A stretch of 64,000 bases of DNA from Macrostomum hystrix (taxonomy: Eukaryota > Animalia > Platyhelminthes): assembly GCA_950097015.1 (NCBI GenBank), contig CATNEN010000015.1, positions 1,860,001 to 1,924,000 on the forward strand, written 5' to 3'. The translations under genes and the position numbers were made by a program. Positions 58,481 through 64,000 of this stretch are shown piece after piece. The first letter of the stretch is position 1, and each line of letters opens with the position of its first letter. The notes under the pieces were generated by a model. It had not been told where the DNA came from, did not search any database, and saw nothing but the letters and a program-made list of their open reading frames with translations.

Positions 58481-58903
58481 CTATTGTTACCAAAATAATA
58501 GCTCGCTGCCTCATCACTGATCCCCACCCCAAGTGTTCACAGAACACGCACCTGCATCTATGCTCTGCCCTAAATTCTTACCCAATTCTTCCTTTTGGTC
58601 GCAGCGTACATCTATATTTTGTATGACTGAACTCTTTTTAGCAAATAATTACCCTATGGTGCTAGCTCTAGAAAGCTCCAGCAAATCTAATTAATCAAAC
58701 CAGGGGTGAACGGCAGCTCTGTCCCACCGTCGCCTCATCCAACTGAGGGGATTTTCCCAATGAAATCCCATGACACTCCTTGGATTCTAGTCTCACCTGG
58801 CTACTAAATCACGAAGAACCTCACGCCATTGGGTGCAGAATTCTGAATATAAAGCATCCATGCAGTGACCTGCCTGCCAAGACGTCATCTGTCAAAACAG
58901 AGA

Positions 58904-59619
58904 ATGTTTCGGCAGCTCCTTCTGCTCTGTGCGCTGCTGAGCGGAGTGGCCGGCCGAGTTGCCAACATCTCATACCTAGGCTGCTTCGTGGACAACACCA
59001 ACTCGACTAGAGACCTGAGCGGCCTCAGCGGAGTGGGCAGCATCGGCGCGTTCAACATCTTGAACGGCGGCTACTTCAGAAGTTTGAGCATGACTCACGA
59101 ATTGTGCAGCCAAGTGTGCTCTCTAGGCGGCTTCCGCTACTTCGGAATCCAAGTGGGTCAGCAGTGCTTCTGCGCCAACTCCTACGGATCGCAGGGCAAC
59201 TCTGCGGATGAAAATTGTGCCACAGTCTGCTCCGGAAACTCAATGCAGAGATGCGGGGCTGCCAATCACAATTCGGTGTTTGGTCTGACCTACGCGGGTG
59301 AGTGGTCTGCTTTGAGCAGGAGAACATGAAGCTTGGAAAGAGTCAGGCCATCGAAAAACATGCGTTCCTCCTCTTGTATTCAGACAGGAACGTGTACACG
59401 GTTGCGAGCGGATCCGGCCTGACAGTCGCGACCTCGCAGACCTCGTTCTGGCCGGCCACCGCCAAGACGGACGCTGACTGCCTGCTCCAGTGCAGCGCCA
59501 GGGACGACTGTCAGGCTGCCGTGTTCTCACAGCGGCTGCTCACCTGCCACCTGCTCGCGTTCGCCTACCCGCCAGCCAGCCTGAGCGGCCCCGACTGGGC
59601 TCTCTACGTGCGCGGCTAA
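58904..59619 (+). CDS. Secreted WSC-domain + PAN/apple-like protein, copy B (~209 aa); exons 58904-59297 and 59384-59619
   Basis: Signal peptide MFRQLLLLCALLSGVAG; WSC Cys pattern; GTGAGT donor and TTCAG acceptor; same intron phase as copy A. Confidence 0.85.
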
Positions 59620-60329
59620 GCATTGGCCCATGGACTAACTAGCTTTGAAGCAATAGAAAATTCTAAACTAAAAAAGAAGACAATGATATATTCTTAGGCT
59701 GTTTGGATGACTTATGCTAAAAAAAAATTATTAAAACTAAACGATCTAGTGCAGAATGCGCCAGTTTAAGTACAAAAATGGAACACTGAGTCATACGCTG
59801 AATTATTTTGACGTTTCGTCGATTTAATTAATTTATTTTCTATTTTCCAATAATATACTTTTTCCTTAAGCTATACTTAGAAAGTTTCATTGCATAAAGT
59901 TTTCATCTTTGAATTCACATGCTGAATGGCTTTGCGTGAGAGTGGGATTCAATTATTTGCAAAAACTCTATCTTGGCGTCCATTATCCAATTGAAACAGG
60001 GTTTGCCAATGAATAACGAGGTAACATTGGCTCAAATTAGGTCGAGTATACATTTTCTGAGTCTGCTGTGCCCGAAATGTCACGCATTTTTCTCTAAAAC
60101 CAGTGATTAGCACAATAGCCGCATTTTTCATTCCTTTGATCGTCACCATTGTGAGGTATTAGTGAGTTATAATGTCGTAATTTGAAAGTTATGTTGTGCG
60201 TGCCCAACCCTCCACCCCGAGGCCAGTTTTCTCTCTCTTGTCCCTTGCTCAGCTGCGCCCGTCCCCCGTGTGCTGACCCAGGGGTTAGGGGCTTATGCTC
60301 CACCCCCTGGCGCGGCCTGCCCCAAGAAA

Positions 60330-61100
60330 GGGCCGCCTTGAGTCGCTGAACGATTCTGCAGCTACTGACGTCCATTCGAACTTTTCCGTTGGCGTTTTCA
60401 GGCGTCGCAGCGGCTCAGCGATCTTCGAATAGCCTTGGATGAAACGACGATAATAAGCTGCCAGGCCTAAGAAGCTCTTCACTTCCTTGGAGGTGCGCGG
60501 AGTCGGCCAGTTCTGAATGGCAGCCGTTTTCGATTCGTCGACGGTAATGCTAGTTTTGGACACGCGGTGGCCGAGGACGATCATTGACGTATTCACGAAG
60601 CGTCACATGGCAGGTTTCAAACGCAGGTTGGCGTCCCGTGACCGCTCGAGCACCACCCGCAGCCGAAAACTGTGCTCCTTAATTGTTCGGCCCATCACGA
60701 TGAAGTCGTCGATGAACACCAGGCACGCTTACCAGCTGGTCTGACCTTGGAGCACGAGTTGCATGAGGCGTTGAAATGTTGCCGGGCATTGCGCAGACCG
60801 AACGTCATGACGTTGAACTCGAAGAGGCCTTGATGACAGATAAATTCTGTCTTCTCCCTGTCGCGTTTATCAACCTCGACCTGCCAGTACTTTTCCACTT
60901 TTCCAGGTCGAGTGCCGAGAAGTAGGCGTTGCCTAGCAGTGCATGCAGGGTGTCGTCGATCCTCGGAATTGGGAACGCATCCGGTTCGGTGACTTCATTG
61001 AGCAGCCGGTAGTCCAAACAGAAGCGTGCTGTTCCGTCTTTGACGAGGGCGATCGGTGATGCCCATAGCCTAGGCTTAGACGCTGGAGGTCCGCTTGGCG
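60330..61100 (-). mobile_element. Decayed gypsy reverse-transcriptase fragment
   Basis: WASPIALVKDG..RFCLDYRLLN..., YWQV, GLFEFNVMTFGL, FIDD, FLGLAAYYRRFI spread across several frames. Confidence 0.88.
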
Positions 61101-61839
61101 GTGTCTTTGCTGCTGCGTCTCGTTCGGCTGACGACCTGACATGTACGCCCGGGTCTCTCGGAGAAAAAAATATACCGGAGAATAAAAGTGTATAAATTTT
61201 TTTTTCACTTTGTAGAAACAATAACAAATCAAAACGAAAGTAAAAAACTGTCTTTGTGATATATATAAAAGTAGTAGTATGGGTTAACAGAACTCTGCCG
61301 CAAGGAAGTCCTCGGAAATTCCGTGGGGTCCTAGTGTGTGAACAAACAACTATGTGTTTGCATAGTGGACTCTGTCGCAGATAAATCTGTCTGAGAGGGA
61401 GAGAGGCCCGCAAAGATCAATTGCTTTGAATTGTTTGCGAGCTGATCAATGTCAAGCTGGCTCCCAAAAAAAGACACATGGAGATACGAAACACTTTAAC
61501 CTTGAATAACTCGCAGACGTTTTCATGAATCAGTCTGAAATCTTACGCATCTAATTAACTCGATTGCATCAGAGGTTTTGTAAATTTTTATTGCGATTAA
61601 TGCAATGGAAGTATATTTTTGAAAGTACAAGAAAATACAGTGCGGAGATAGAAGCAAACTTCAAGGCTGTGTAATTATTTTACGGATTGACAAAATTATG
61701 TTTTTTTGGAACGTTGTCTTAGTTGCACCAGAAGAGCTGTTAAGTTTCGCTGTAGTTTAATGGTTATTTTTTAAGTTGCAATACTCTTGTTTGAATGTGA
61801 ATGTGATGTGAAAGTCAATCAGGAAATGATTTACCGTAT

Positions 61840-63125
61840 TGTAGCCGGAACGATTTGAATTATATTTTTTCGAATTATCTTACTACGAAAGTATTTATTG
61901 GTTATATCAGCGCAACGCTCGCCCGCGCCGCACACGGAAAAGACGCGAATATGACTTTAAAATATAAAGGGATTAACATACATTATAACAAAGATTATAA
62001 CTAGATAAATACATTACTTAAACCAGCGCACCATTTTCAGGGAAAGGGACAATAATGTTACATTACCCCCTCTTCCGAAAAAACAATGTCCTCATTGTTA
62101 CAGTAGAGTAAAGATTAGAAGCACACTACTATGAGTAGAAAGTTGGTACAGGTATACGGTAGAACGGTAGAAAAAATTGGCTATAAGGGAAAGGTAGACG
62201 GTTTGCATTTATTTATTCTTTTTTAATTGAATTAACACAATTATTGGAAGGGTGCTGACGTGCCGAGAGTACAACGAGAGAAAAAAATCAGGGGACTCAA
62301 GGTTGTCATGAAGCACACAAAACAAAATGTACTTTTAACTTGAGTACCTAAGAATATTACATTATCCCCTCCTTAGAAGAAATACAATGTCCTCATTGTT
62401 GGACAATACTATAAAAAAGACTACAGTAACACATACTAATAAAAAAGTACAAGAAAAAAGAGATCTAGGAGAGGTACTCACAGACATTGCAAATCCTAAC
62501 TTCTGCCAAATACATGTGATGATGCAAAGACGTTTTCACAAAGGAATGCTAACACCAGACACATAAAGGAGAGTTAACATGCACAATAAGCCTGGCCAAT
62601 GGGTATCAGCATCACCCAAGGCCTCCCATGCACAACCAGCGCTGACACGAGGACAAGATTGTTTCAAACAGGAAACAGCCAAAAATGGGAACCTGCTGAA
62701 CAAAACCACTGCGTGCAGTACTGCCATTGGCACAAACAATCGCCGGAACGAATCAATATTAGAAAGAAGCAATGGTAATGAAGACTTACAGTAAGAAATA
62801 AATAACTAAAACATACAAAAATTAGTCCGCGTTAGTCCGCGTTATTCATCTTAGCTTTGCAGCTGATCCGATTGCTTCGCTACTGCAGATCTAACTTCGA
62901 GCTCCAAAGCTGATTGGCACGCACTTCATGAAGTTCAGTCATAATTGGTCAGAAGATCCAGCGGAGTCTCGTGGAATCCGCGTCCTGGCGTGGTCGCCAA
63001 TGTAGCCGGAACGATTTAAATTATATTTTTTCGAATTATCTTACTACGAAAGTATTTATTGGTTATATCAGCGCAACGCTCGCCCGCGCCGCACACGGAA
63101 AAGACGCGAATATGACTTTAAAATA
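61840..63125 (-). mobile_element. Small non-coding LTR element (TRIM-like)
   Basis: 223-bp TG...CA LTR at 61840-62062; its first ~125 bp repeated at 63001-63125; minus-strand PBS TGGCGACCACG (62989-62999) and PPT GGAAGAGGGGGTAA (62063-62076); ~940-bp interior with no retro ORF. Confidence 0.8.
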
Positions 63126-64000
63126 ATATAAAAAAATAAATTGTGCGTTGCACATAAAGCTATTTGACAGGTTGAATCCGGTCAAGTTTCTACAATGTAA
63201 TATAGCAGATTAGTTTCCGCGAACACAAATTCCTGCATGGTATTATTTCAAAACTTCCAATTTTGAAGCTCGAGGCTTTACAGTATATTTTTCTTGTACG
63301 AAAAGGCAGAATACATGCATGGTACATATAGATAACTGAGATCGAATAATATGTATGTCTTTTGATCCACTCAACACATGCATTCAAATTGTATTGTATT
63401 TAAATAAAAGGTCTACCTGCCTTCCTACATATCAGCTAGCTACATGCACAGTTGTATAAGCGGATTGACTGTATTAGCTAGTGAAATCGATTCTCTATTC
63501 TATGCATCCAGAGCTGCTGTATTTCTTCCGGTATTCGGTTACAGTCTGTCCATCAAAGATATAGACTCAAAGTCTAGAGCAGGGGAAAAAACAGCAGACG
63601 GATCTAATTTCTAGGATTTGTGCTTGCTAAAAATACGCATTTGTTTTTTTTCTGACCAACTTTTCTCAGGCACATACAATCTTTTACCATATTGATGCAT
63701 GCACCGCTAAAGTCGGAAAGCATTTTGACATCTCTCCAATGAGTTCAGTTTTCAATTCATCGGCTGTAATCAAGGCCCTCTGCCATCGGGTGCTTAAGGG
63801 CAAAATTCAAGCGTTTTGACGAGAAACTAACCCCATTGCATGACATTGAAATGTTCAAAAGGATCGGCTTTAAAAATTAAATAGGCCAAAAATGCATGCA
63901 GGGTGCATCAATGCAGGCCTATCAGATTGCATAAGCCGATTAACTAGCCCCAACTTCTGATCCCGCTGCAGGGAAATAGCCTGCGGTGACGCACGCCAGC

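Overview
Eukaryotic (metazoan) genomic DNA: spliceosomal GT-AG introns, GC-rich exons in AT-rich spacers. The overall style suggests a free-living flatworm such as Macrostomum, but that is inference only. Host genes: a secreted purple acid phosphatase (ACP7-like, 2 exons, minus), an intronless EF-hand phosphatase (PPEF/rdgC-like, plus), NDUFA10 (4 exons, minus), and a small cluster of secreted WSC + PAN/apple-like genes (two complete, one orphan second exon). About a fifth of the window, all within the first ~39 kb, is a dozen unrelated minisatellite arrays (10-33 bp units); these produce most of the long ORFs in the ORF track. Mobile DNA: a young full-length Ty3/gypsy element (44441-54121; 465-bp LTRs, ACTG TSD, intact 2024-aa polyprotein) with a hAT-type MITE in its leader; a gag-protease-only retroelement with an antisense small transmembrane ORF; a TRIM-like element; two RNase H LINE fragments; RTE, mariner, piggyBac and gypsy remnants; two tRNA-derived SINEs; two intronic MITEs. 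Most notable: (1) a cold-shock-domain-like module between the zinc knuckle and protease of the gypsy polyprotein; (2) a 'variable WSC exon / near-constant second exon' pattern in the secreted lectin-like cluster; (3) the RT-less gag-pro element with a FAST-like antisense sORF; (4) a 14-22 kb patchwork containing pieces copied from the neighbouring phosphatase locus. All domain calls are by eye from motifs; no searches were run.
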